Shown here piece by piece: positions 8,233 through 18,000 of a stretch of DNA of 64,000 nucleotides. The stretch lies in IMG/VR virus record IMGVR_UViG_2930936637_000001, positions 1,735-65,734 of that record; one strand, 5' to 3'. The notes below the pieces were generated by a model. That model searched no databases and was not told the DNA's origin. It saw nothing but the letters and a program-made list of their open reading frames with translations. Origin of the DNA: a virus. The stretch's first letter is position 1. The number at the start of each line of letters is the position of its first letter. The position numbers and the translations under genes were made by a program.

Positions 8233-8814
8233 TCAGTATGCTTCAATTTTTAAAATTGGGGAGAATTCACCAATTTGACTATTATACGTAGTGGTCCATG
8301 CGCTCCACAAATTTTCGGGAGATTCATACGAAAACACATTTGAGCTTAAATCAAACAAAATTTTTCCATCAATATTTTGGCTTGCAGTATTTCCTATTCT
8401 TCCAAAGATGTCTTTTGAGGTTAGAACGATGAAATTATTGTTTAATTGGCTGATAGGATATAGTTGATCAGTTGTGTGGTCGATTTCAGTAAAAGCGTCG
8501 GTGATAGACTCGTTATATCCGGGAACACCACCGTGGTAGACATCTCCATAAGTTACTTTTATTCCATTTTTTAGCCTTTCTAATGGCTTGCCTAACTTAT
8601 ATTCCTGAGGATCAGAAAATTTTAATTTTTCCCAGTCTGATTTACTACTGCCATCATAAAGAATTGTACCAGCTGATAGAAAGCTAGAATAGATTTTTTT
8701 TGCATTTCCTTGACCATCAGCATAGTACATGCCACCTATTTTCTTACTATGTCCATTGCCATCAGCTATATACATGCCACCAACTTTATTACCGTCTTTA
8801 GTATATAGACCCAT
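8233..8814 (-). CDS. Putative receptor-binding/fibre tip protein (193 aa)
   Basis: ATG 8814 after GAGGAGG; AT-richer than neighbours; N-terminal KxGGMYxADG tandem repeat. Confidence 0.55.
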   Translation of the reverse strand: MGLYTKDGNKVGGMYIADGNGHSKKIGGMYYADGQGNAKKIYSSFLSAGTILYDGSSKSDWEKLKFSDPQEYKLGKPLERLKNGIKVTYGDVYHGGVPGYNESITDAFTEIDHTTDQLYPISQLNNNFIVLTSKDIFGRIGNTASQNIDGKILFDLSSNVFSYESPENLWSAWTTTYNSQIGEFSPILKIEAY

Positions 8815-8815
8815 G

Positions 8816-9841
8816 TTAATCCTCCTCATACCAATATATTCCAGAAACGGTAGATGCTTTTGCCGCTGCCAATGCTGCCTCGTCACTAGCGTTAGCATGA
8901 TAAAAGTTATTCAAATCGTCGCTGGTAGCGACTGATTTACCCCCGTTCACAGTAAGCTTGGCAAAATCAACAGGTTTAGAAACAACCCCAGTGTCAGGGT
9001 TGCGGTCAACCACGTTAGCCGCGTTAGCGGGCGTATAGTCTAGCTTATCCTGCTTAGCATTAACCTCATCAATGCTGGCAACTTGATTGGCTGGCTTACG
9101 CATATCCGCCGTGTGCACGACCGTACTATCATCAGCTTTGCCACTAGTCTTCGTGTCTGCGTATTCCTTGGCCGACTTGAGTGTCATGGCGTCGCCATCA
9201 GCGACATTTTTGGTGGTCGCGATGGCATTACCAGCACCGTCTACCGCACCCTTTTCAAGGGTAACCGACTCTTTGAAGTCTGCTGGCTTGCTACCGTCGA
9301 TGACGGTGGCAGGAATATTAGCCTTGATATCATCAATAGTTGCAATGTGTTTTGATGCAAAGATTGCATCAAGGTCGGCTTCATTAAGTGAACCAGCCTG
9401 ACTGACAGTAATCAAAACATTATCGGCATCACTAACCGTTGTATCAGTCTGGAATGAATCATTTAAGTTGGACTTACCGTCATATGCAGCGATGTAGTCC
9501 GGTAAAGAACTTGGTAATACTCCATACAGAATTTCATCCCCGTTTTCTGGTCGTGCATAAAACCCGACTGTATAGAGACTGTATGCCATCGTCACATCTT
9601 TAGACGGAAAGTCCACCCGCATAGTCAAGGTAGTGTCATCCTTCTTAATAATTCGTGAGTAGTTGACTGTCTGCTGCACATCTTCAAGTGACGTGAGCTT
9701 TTTTAAATCGTTGACCGGAGTAGCTGAGTAATCATGGCTTGAGGCCACTGCTCGGGTGAACTGGATTTTATCCAAGCCCCCAAGTGTGCCCGTTGCCAGT
9801 GATCGACCAGCTTCGGTCAAATAGGTAGTATCAAATTGCAC
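8816..9841 (-). CDS. Tail fibre / baseplate-attached fibre protein
   Basis: N-terminal LTEAGRSL...GLYA-type baseplate attachment domain followed by fibre repeats. Confidence 0.75.
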   Translation of the reverse strand: MQFDTTYLTEAGRSLATGTLGGLDKIQFTRAVASSHDYSATPVNDLKKLTSLEDVQQTVNYSRIIKKDDTTLTMRVDFPSKDVTMAYSLYTVGFYARPENGDEILYGVLPSSLPDYIAAYDGKSNLNDSFQTDTTVSDADNVLITVSQAGSLNEADLDAIFASKHIATIDDIKANIPATVIDGSKPADFKESVTLEKGAVDGAGNAIATTKNVADGDAMTLKSAKEYADTKTSGKADDSTVVHTADMRKPANQVASIDEVNAKQDKLDYTPANAANVVDRNPDTGVVSKPVDFAKLTVNGGKSVATSDDLNNFYHANASDEAALAAAKASTVSGIYWYEED

Positions 9842-9843
9842 TT

Positions 9844-10563
9844 TTATCCCTCCTTAGAGACTTGGTGAAGCCGCTGTCGCTGAGTGACTGTGGCCATGGT
9901 CGTATTATCATCCGTAGTGTGTGCGCGGTCTCTCATGCTATCCATAACAGCAAAGTGAGAACGCTCCTTTTTAGTGGCTGTGGCCACGTATAGTGTCTGG
10001 GTAGCGACAGCTTGAAAGTCAACGCTGACAATTTTTACTTCTGGCATAACAGCTGACTCTAGTGCCTTAACCAGAAGGTTCTTCTTGCGAGCAGACTTAC
10101 TATAACGGTTTGGAATATTAGTAAATCTAACTGCTTCCGGATCACCGCCTAGTTGATCTGGATCAGTGATTACATCGAATTCAGTTGGATCAGCTTGCAA
10201 AATAAAAGCAATCAAGTTGATAATGTCATTTTCCGTAACTCCAATTCGGTTAAGCATCTTAGCTAGTCGAATCTGGAAGCGGAGAAAATCATCATCGTTA
10301 TCAATTCGACTAATACCCCAATCAGCTGCGATGTCATCTAGTGCACCACCACGTGCATTTTCGAGCTGTCGCCATTCATATATTTTCCGAAAAACATCAA
10401 TTTCTGCAATGATGTCATCTGCCAAAGCGTTGAGCAATGCTTGGTTATTACTATCGGGATTTTGATTTTTTCTCGCTGGCAATGCAGTGATTATCATTTG
10501 ACGAATGGTATCATCGTCCAAACCCATATCTGTCCAAAAAGTTCTCCAACTGGTCTCAGCCAT
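9844..10563 (-). CDS. Baseplate wedge protein (gpI/DUF2612-like)
   Basis: ARGGALDDIAADWGISR, DDDFLR; follows baseplate J with overlap. Confidence 0.7.
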   Translation of the reverse strand: MAETSWRTFWTDMGLDDDTIRQMIITALPARKNQNPDSNNQALLNALADDIIAEIDVFRKIYEWRQLENARGGALDDIAADWGISRIDNDDDFLRFQIRLAKMLNRIGVTENDIINLIAFILQADPTEFDVITDPDQLGGDPEAVRFTNIPNRYSKSARKKNLLVKALESAVMPEVKIVSVDFQAVATQTLYVATATKKERSHFAVMDSMRDRAHTTDDNTTMATVTQRQRLHQVSKEG

Positions 10564-11797
10564 TAATGACCACCTCGATATCATCGGCCGTGATGTAGGC
10601 TAGCGAGTACCCGTCAACTTTTACATTGCCAAGCGTTAAATTGGTTTTATCAGTGCCAACAAGTAAATCAATGCTGCTGATCCCATCGACTTGCCACAAA
10701 TACTCAAAAAGCTTTGAGTAGAGTAAGGTATCACCCATATTAAGTGTCCGGTCGTATTCGATGACCTTATTTTTTAATTCAGTCACACCGTTGTCCGTGT
10801 CAAAACTATCAGTCGTTTCAATGGCAACTTTCACGTAAACCGTTTGCTGCTTGGCACGGGAAAAGTAAATGGTTCGTTCTTGACCAGAGTTATTAATAAC
10901 AGTTTGTGCAACCTCCCCAAACGTATGACCCGGCAACCCGATTGAATTAAAAATGGCGTTAGCAACGTTCTCGTCACTACCGCCAATTACATATACATGG
11001 GTTGTTTTAGGCGGATTGCCATCAGCATCCGCCGTCATTTCGTTGTTAGCTTGTACTTTGCACTGGATAACTCCCGCTACGTTTTCAACGTTGGCTCGAA
11101 TGCCTTCCTCGGTGGAGTCAGATTTAGCTAGGCGATTTTCGAAAAGTCGTGCCCGGTAATTCACTTCTGACTCAATTTCTTCACCACCGGTTGCGACTTC
11201 TGGGTTAGTTACCCGAACGACTCCCACAATTCCTTCGGTGCCATCACTACCCCCTTCGTCTGAGATAGTGTTGGCACCAACATTGCCGCTAGTTCCCGGG
11301 TCATTAGCTTGTGCTTGAATCAGCACCCGGCCAATCTCATTGCCGTCATCATCGGTGAGCGGCACTTCTGCTCCGTCATCATCTTTGACCGTGGCAACCT
11401 CAGGAATTTTGGCGTCTTCCAAGGTATTGAACACAACCCCATCAGCCGTGCTGTATTGACTGCCAGCTGGAATCACTGTTCCAACATCAGCATCAACCTG
11501 TAAGTTAACGGTGGCGGAGGTCGCAGGCTTACGGCTGAGTCCCTCATCTGACCCAATAAAATCAAGATCAGCATTACGGGCTCGCAAAATAAAGGGACTG
11601 TTATAAACCAGCTGACCAAGCTGTTCCACTAATTGCCGGCCTGTAGCGACTCCCCCCATAATCTGACCAAAAAAGTGTGCATCATCAAGTGCTACATTAT
11701 CTCCCGCACGGCCGACAATGTCTTGATTAAGTTCATCACGTACATCATCAAATTCCTTTAGATTGTATCCATCCTCATCAGTCAATCCCAATGTCAT
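10556..11797 (-). CDS. Baseplate J/gp47-family protein
   Basis: LDFIG...RKPAT...IPAG, NPEVATGGEEIES, ANAIF motifs. Confidence 0.9.
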   Translation of the reverse strand: MTLGLTDEDGYNLKEFDDVRDELNQDIVGRAGDNVALDDAHFFGQIMGGVATGRQLVEQLGQLVYNSPFILRARNADLDFIGSDEGLSRKPATSATVNLQVDADVGTVIPAGSQYSTADGVVFNTLEDAKIPEVATVKDDDGAEVPLTDDDGNEIGRVLIQAQANDPGTSGNVGANTISDEGGSDGTEGIVGVVRVTNPEVATGGEEIESEVNYRARLFENRLAKSDSTEEGIRANVENVAGVIQCKVQANNEMTADADGNPPKTTHVYVIGGSDENVANAIFNSIGLPGHTFGEVAQTVINNSGQERTIYFSRAKQQTVYVKVAIETTDSFDTDNGVTELKNKVIEYDRTLNMGDTLLYSKLFEYLWQVDGISSIDLLVGTDKTNLTLGNVKVDGYSLAYITADDIEVVING

Positions 11798-12164
11798 CCA
11801 CCTCCGTTCCTGTAGTTACCGTTATCTCTTCGCCAGAATCATCCAAATAGGTAACAACTAAGTCGACGGTTGCCGTACGCCCATTACGCTTAATGTCTTT
11901 GACCTCAGCGCTAACAAAATTATCAAATTGAGATTCGAGATAGTCTTCAATCTCAGCCTCCAAGCTCGGAATGTCGTCCAAGTTTTCAATAATATGGAGA
12001 TGATTAAGACCAAAACTAGGATTCCATGACAGTTCGCCCTCATTAGTTCCTAAAGCGATATTCGTTGCTACAGCTTGATCGTCATCTTCGACCGTCACTA
12101 AATCACCAGTCTCTGGGTCAATGATGATATCACCGCTTTCATCCACTGCTAAGTCTTTACTCAC
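11778..12164 (-). CDS. Baseplate sheath initiator (gp25/gpW-like)
   Basis: DLAVDESGDII, GELSWNPSFGL; position before J. Confidence 0.7.
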   Translation of the reverse strand: MSKDLAVDESGDIIIDPETGDLVTVEDDDQAVATNIALGTNEGELSWNPSFGLNHLHIIENLDDIPSLEAEIEDYLESQFDNFVSAEVKDIKRNGRTATVDLVVTYLDDSGEEITVTTGTEVDDIGID

Positions 12165-12516
12165 TCTTAATCACCCCCAAAACAATGCCATCGTTGACGT
12201 CGTGCATACGGCGACTAGCCAATTCAAATTCACCAGCGCCATTATAATTATCCATGTCACGGTCATGGAAACCTACCAACACTGAACTACCACGTTTTAT
12301 CGCCGAAGCTGCTGATTCCAGAATTAGGCAGTCACCGATAATTGCGCGCTCATTGCCATCTGATTGCTTGGGTGACGGTTGAACATCTACCCGCCAAGGA
12401 GAACCCTTATCAATTGAGATCACCTTTCCCAACATAAAGCTATGGTCGGCCGCAAGAAAGTATGGTAGAAGCCCATTCAGGACCACATCAAGTGGATCAT
12501 TTTTGTCTTGACTCAT
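12157..12516 (-). CDS. Baseplate spike (Gp138 N-terminal-like)
   Basis: VDVQP, VLVGFHDRDMD, RRMHDVNDGIVLG. Confidence 0.75.
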   Translation of the reverse strand: MSQDKNDPLDVVLNGLLPYFLAADHSFMLGKVISIDKGSPWRVDVQPSPKQSDGNERAIIGDCLILESAASAIKRGSSVLVGFHDRDMDNYNGAGEFELASRRMHDVNDGIVLGVIKSE

Positions 12517-13457
12517 ACCATTTCCACCTCACAGCTTGTCTGCATATCATCTAGCGAATGCGTATAGTTTTTTACCCGAACCAGTGACTTAATATTTTCG
12601 GCAACATAAAAGACGGAACCGTTAGCAACCAATGGATTCAGGTAGGTCACTACCGTCCATGTCGCTTTCTTTCCGTCTTCGTCATTAATGGTTGGCATGT
12701 TGACCAACCCATCTTTGAGAGTGAGATACAGGTGTGTTTGCCACAGCTTCGGCTTCTCGTCGTAGTCAATGACAATATCATCGATTCTATACTGAAATTT
12801 GCTACCGCAATCCTTCACAATCGCCTTGATAGCTGTCTCTGGCTTCTTAGTCAAGGTATACCCATGCTTATACACTTTATTTTTCTTGAGGTGTAACACG
12901 GCAATTGGTATCCCTGATTCTCTGGCGATCCGTTGAATGATAGTCTTGGCCTTAACACCTTTCTTGAAGCGAATGTTGATGTTTTTCTTCTTGCTAGTTG
13001 TCCACGTGATTGTTTTACCAGTGGACGTCTTGTAGCTGTGTTTAACCGTCTTCGCACCCGAATAGGCATTATAAATTTTTTTATTCTTCGAGTAATCCTT
13101 ACCCGCTACGAAAGTGATTGAAATTGAATGATCTTCACCATCACGAGCTTCTAGCGATACCTTGGTGATGTTTCCTTCACCAATGATGCCAAACATGTCA
13201 TAACCGCCGGCTTTAACAACAACGTGCTCTTTAGTATTAAACAGGTCCTCATGTTCCTTTGACAAGTTAGAGATAATGATTGTATTGGTAGCAGGCGAAC
13301 CACCGTCACCACCGCTAATTTCACCCGTAATGGTGAGACCGTATCCAGCCGGTGTGAAGTTATTAAAATTATAAGTTCCTTTTTTCAGAACTAAATCAAC
13401 TTCAACTTTAGCGCCGTACCACGTCTTGCCATCAGGGTTAGTGACTTTAAGCGCCAT
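12513..13457 (-). CDS. Baseplate hub protein
   Basis: ISNLS...VKAGGY...GII-G-I pattern; position. Confidence 0.75.
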   Translation of the reverse strand: MALKVTNPDGKTWYGAKVEVDLVLKKGTYNFNNFTPAGYGLTITGEISGGDGGSPATNTIIISNLSKEHEDLFNTKEHVVVKAGGYDMFGIIGEGNITKVSLEARDGEDHSISITFVAGKDYSKNKKIYNAYSGAKTVKHSYKTSTGKTITWTTSKKKNINIRFKKGVKAKTIIQRIARESGIPIAVLHLKKNKVYKHGYTLTKKPETAIKAIVKDCGSKFQYRIDDIVIDYDEKPKLWQTHLYLTLKDGLVNMPTINDEDGKKATWTVVTYLNPLVANGSVFYVAENIKSLVRVKNYTHSLDDMQTSCEVEMV

Positions 13458-13797
13458 CACTATCACCGCTTTCATATACACTGTCATCATCTAGCAGAGA
13501 GACTGGATTTTGGAAGTTTTTAATCGTTACCGATGACTCCAGCCCAGCCTCATCCATTGGAACTAGTCGTTCGGCAGGTAGCCAATCGTAGGCAGCCCAA
13601 TACCACAGCGGAACGCCATATGTCAGCGGTTCCCCTAAGATTTGATGCGTGTCATCATCAACAGAAACGATATCAATGGATAGCACTCCGGATAGCTCAT
13701 TCTGCTGCAGAGTTAGCTCGAATGTTCCGCCCTCTAACTCAACTTCTTGTCGATCAGGAAGATTATTCAAATTAAATGTGATACTATCGCGTTTCAT
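13447..13797 (-). CDS. Baseplate plug-like small protein
   Basis: Position between LysM protein and hub; GEPLTYGVPL. Confidence 0.6.
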   Translation of the reverse strand: MKRDSITFNLNNLPDRQEVELEGGTFELTLQQNELSGVLSIDIVSVDDDTHQILGEPLTYGVPLWYWAAYDWLPAERLVPMDEAGLESSVTIKNFQNPVSLLDDDSVYESGDSDGA

Positions 13798-13810
13798 TCA
13801 AGCATCCTCC

Positions 13811-15070
13811 TTACTTTGGAATCTTGAGCTTGTGTCCGGGAAACATTGTTTTATGCCAATCACCATTCAGCTTCGTTAAAGTGGCCACGGTTGTTCCTTT
13901 CTTCTGAGCCAGGGCCCAATAGGTATCACCAGACTTAACCGTGTAAGTACTGTACTTGCCTTTATCTGTACCCCTATTTTTGGCTCCCTTAGTCGCTCCT
14001 TTACTCTTGGTACTCTTTTTGGACTTGCCATAAAGTACCTTTGCCGGTTTGACATAAGTAAAAGTGATGCTCAGTTCCAAGGCGTTTTCACGCGGTGTTC
14101 CTGAAACAGTCTTGCTAATTGAAGAAATCTTAGCATGATTCCAATTGGAAAACCCCTTGATGATGAACTCAGTATCTAACCGTTGCAACTTCTGAATGGC
14201 ATTGAACTGCTTGCAGGCATCAGCATAAGTGTTGCCAAAAACATAGTACGTTCCTGACAGCTCTTTACTGGTTCGCGTGGACTTACCGGCACGTGGATCG
14301 GAATTATCGACCCCAATCGATACCACATCACTAGCATCCGTTTCGGTTGGTTGAACCTCGCCCAAAAAATAAACAACCGAACTCATTAGGTCAGCACGGT
14401 ACAGCGCTGTTTGCCCGACAAGTGGTTGTTTTTTGTGTTTGGCGATTGCCGATGTGATTTTGGCTAGATTGGCTTTCTGTTTCTTCTTTTTAGCAGCGGC
14501 TTTCCGTTTGTCCGCCTCTTTCTTAAGAGCTGCGGCTTTCTTCTTATCCTTGGCCTTCTTGCTTTTCTCATGAGCCAGCTTAGTTTTAGCAGACTTAAGC
14601 TTTGAACGAGCAGTGCTCTGTTTCTTAAGCTGTTCCTGATAGGAGGCAGAATTTGTCAATTTTTTCAGATCAGCATAAGCAGATTTTTGCATTTTCTGTT
14701 TAGCCTTGATCTGATCTTGAATGGCCTTTTTCTTAGAAGTTTTGGCCTTGGCCAACTGCTTCTTTAGATCATCAATTTGTTTGCTGACGGCATCATAAGC
14801 AGCCTTTTTAGTGCCATACCCATTTTGCTTTTTAAGGTAGTCGTCAGTCTTGTCGATTACCTTTTGTTGCTTGGTAATCGTGCTCTGTGTAGCTGTAATG
14901 CTTGCCGCATCTGATTTCACCTTTGCTTTCGATTTTGTCACTTGTACGCTTAACTGTTTGTCTGACATCTGACTGGGTGACATCAACGAGACGGGGATAG
15001 TGGCCACTTTTTTTGTAGAAACATAGCTTTTAACCAGTGCTGCTGTATTTTTCTTTAAAGTAATGTCCAT
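13811..15070 (-). CDS. LysM-domain tail/baseplate (tube initiator-like) protein
   Basis: C-terminal YTVKSGDTYWALA LysM; long Lys/Ala-rich coiled coil. Confidence 0.8.
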   Translation of the reverse strand: MDITLKKNTAALVKSYVSTKKVATIPVSLMSPSQMSDKQLSVQVTKSKAKVKSDAASITATQSTITKQQKVIDKTDDYLKKQNGYGTKKAAYDAVSKQIDDLKKQLAKAKTSKKKAIQDQIKAKQKMQKSAYADLKKLTNSASYQEQLKKQSTARSKLKSAKTKLAHEKSKKAKDKKKAAALKKEADKRKAAAKKKKQKANLAKITSAIAKHKKQPLVGQTALYRADLMSSVVYFLGEVQPTETDASDVVSIGVDNSDPRAGKSTRTSKELSGTYYVFGNTYADACKQFNAIQKLQRLDTEFIIKGFSNWNHAKISSISKTVSGTPRENALELSITFTYVKPAKVLYGKSKKSTKSKGATKGAKNRGTDKGKYSTYTVKSGDTYWALAQKKGTTVATLTKLNGDWHKTMFPGHKLKIPK

Positions 15071-18000
15071 TAAATAACCAATCCTCCTTCTCCTTGATCT
15101 GTGCCGGTAGCACGACGAAGCATATCAGCCAGCTGTTGAGTTACCTTAGACATTCCAGAAACGACTTGCTTTTCAATATTTTGACCGTTGCCACCTTCGA
15201 CTTTAATATTGTTGGTCATCTTGATGGTCACATCACGACCACCAGCTGAGGCAGCCACCTTGACGGGCTGTACTCGATGATCGCCTGTATAATCATCAAT
15301 CTTGTTCATGATTGCCTTACGCCGCTGTTTTTTGTCTGGCGCCATCGGTACAATAGCTTCCAGCTTGTCGCCTTCCGAAATCTCGGCAAGTTTGTGTTTC
15401 TTGGAAAATCCACCATTTTCAAAACGAGCATGACCACTTGGCCCCCAGCCGCCTGTATGGACATCATGTCGCCAATTGCTGTCGTTAAACATTGCCAGCA
15501 GCTGGTCATAAGCCGATAAGATGTTATTGTGTCCTTTAACAGCGTATGACTTAAAGGTGCTTGGAATGAATTGCAGTAAACCTTGAGCCGGATGTCCAGC
15601 AGCTGAGTTCACGTCATGAACCTTTTGCGTAACAGTTGCACTACCACCAGATTCGTGCATGATAACGCTCTTAATAGTGGCTAATTCGCTAGCACTGAGC
15701 TTCACATGCATTGCCTTAGCAGCCTTTTCAATCATGGCAGAGCCACCATAACTAGCCCCACCAGTGCCACCGTCAACCTCAGTGGCCAGCTTATCAGTTA
15801 TCCACTTAGCGGCAGACTTTCCAAGCTGCTTGGTTACCAACTTAGTAAGCGAATTGTTGGACTTTTTAGAATTGCTCAGCTTTGATGATCCGTTGGAGCT
15901 ACCATGCATTTTAGTCACATCGTACCAACCACGCGTTGAAGAACCGCCGTGGTCCCATAAAGAACCATGGGATACACCAATGTGAACATGGGCACCGCTT
16001 CCGGCACCATTTAAGTTGCCCAAAGTAGCGATTCGTTGGCCAGTCTTGATCACGTCACCAGTTGAAACTTTGATGTTATTCATCCCACCAAATTCTTGAT
16101 AGATTTCTTGATACCCATCATCACTGGCTACAGTGATGACGTCACCAAGCTGACTATATGGCCATCCATGAAGTGGCCGTCCGGTATGAGTTACCTTTCC
16201 ACCGTGTACGGCAAGAATCCCAGAACCAAGTGAACTGGAAAAGTCGACACCGTCATGACTGCCAAATGAGCGTGCGGCACCAAAACCATTTGTTTCCGCC
16301 ATCCCTGGATCATGTCGCCAGCTACCACCGGCACTACTACCACCGCCTTGAATTAAGCTTTGAATGTATCCCCACATGGCGTTTGACCACGGAACACCGA
16401 CAGTCTTAGCACTCGCCTTAGCGGTGCTCGTCGTTCCCTTTTGCAGAGCTGAACCATCCAATTTGACGTTACCGGAAAATTCCTTGTTGAATGCCCTGCC
16501 AGAATTACCTGAGTTAGCCGAAGCAATTGCCCTTAGCTTGTCATCACTAGCACCAGTCCCTTTAGCGAAATGTGGCAGATATGGTTTAGCTCGTTCTACC
16601 TGGGATCCATTAAAGACGTTGTCACCCTTCTTCAAGTGGAAGACGCCGTTATCACCAATAGGTTTCAATAGCTGATCACCACGCCCGACCAACTCTTGAC
16701 GTGGGCCAGCGGTTGCATCATTTAAGACCGCCATCTGATCACTAGCAATTGGACCATTAGACCCAGCTGCATAATGGATAGGCTTAAGCACTGACTTGTT
16801 CCCACCAAATTGCGATAGAGCTGAATCAATGCCAGTAAATCCATTATTCAGGTTAGTAATGGCACCCTTCATGGACGACTTAGCCATCCCTGGTAACTTA
16901 TTAAAGTTATTACCGAAGTCTGAAACAATGGTCTGATCTGCCTTAGACATACCATCTTGCAGTTTGTCCATGGTTTTGAGCCCAACATTTTTGAGCTGAG
17001 TAAGCTGCTTATCGGCACCCTTTTGAGCGGCGTCAAAATCAGCAATCATTTGCTTGCGAATCAGGTCTGTTTGCTTATTGGTTCCATTCTTCGTGTCCTT
17101 TAGAATCTGATTTGACTTCTTGTTAAGACCAGTCAGTTTCTTTTGAGCGCCCTTGGTGCCTTTACCATATCCAGATACAATATCGGTACCAATCTGATCA
17201 GCCGACCGCTTGGTCTTGTATTCAGTATTCTTCATGGTAGCGTCATTGACGCCTTTCACCTTGACTGTCGTAGCTACAGAAGCAGCACCAACAGACCCAG
17301 TTCCCTTAGCATAGCCTGGTAGAATCCGACCTCGTCCGAGGCCACCACGCATAGCCTTCAGGCTGTCACGATGATTCATGATGTGCATACCAGCCGTGAG
17401 ATGTACCAGCTGCGGTCCTTGGTCGAAAATTTGATACTTACCAGAGCGAGCATCGTACCCAATTTCAGTCCCGGCCTCGGCCACCATAGCCATACCTGGT
17501 TTGATGGTTGGACCGCCTGAAGCGAAACCAGTTATCGGTTTTGTAACAATCGACTTTTTCTTTTTCTTCTTGGAAGTGATTCCAGAAGGGTTAAGGATTC
17601 CACGGCTCTCACTCGGATAGGTACTCTTAGTATTCACAGTACCAATCGGGCCACCAGTCGCATTAGTACTTAGGCTGTTAGTCAAAGCAGCTGCGTGTTT
17701 GCTGTTGTACTTGCGTTGATGATCGCTCTTGTCACCCGCAGGTGATGCTGTACCATTCTTCTGGTACCAATCGGCCCATTTACTCAGCTGATCAGCGATT
17801 GCACCGCCAATATACGTTCCAACGGCAGCACCAGCTGGCCCCCCCAGATAGAAGCCAATCGCGCCGCCAACGGTGTCACCGCCAAGTTTCCAAGCGGCTT
17901 TGGCACCCTTCTTGGTTGAGATTCCATCCAGAAATACCTGAGAACCATCAGTTGCAAATTTGCTTGCGATGGTCATCCAAGCGATGTTGTGAATCGCATC

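Noticed and set aside
14450-14960. DNA repeat array in the LysM tail gene
   Set aside because: Low complexity reflects a Lys/Ala coiled coil, not discrete nucleotide repeats.
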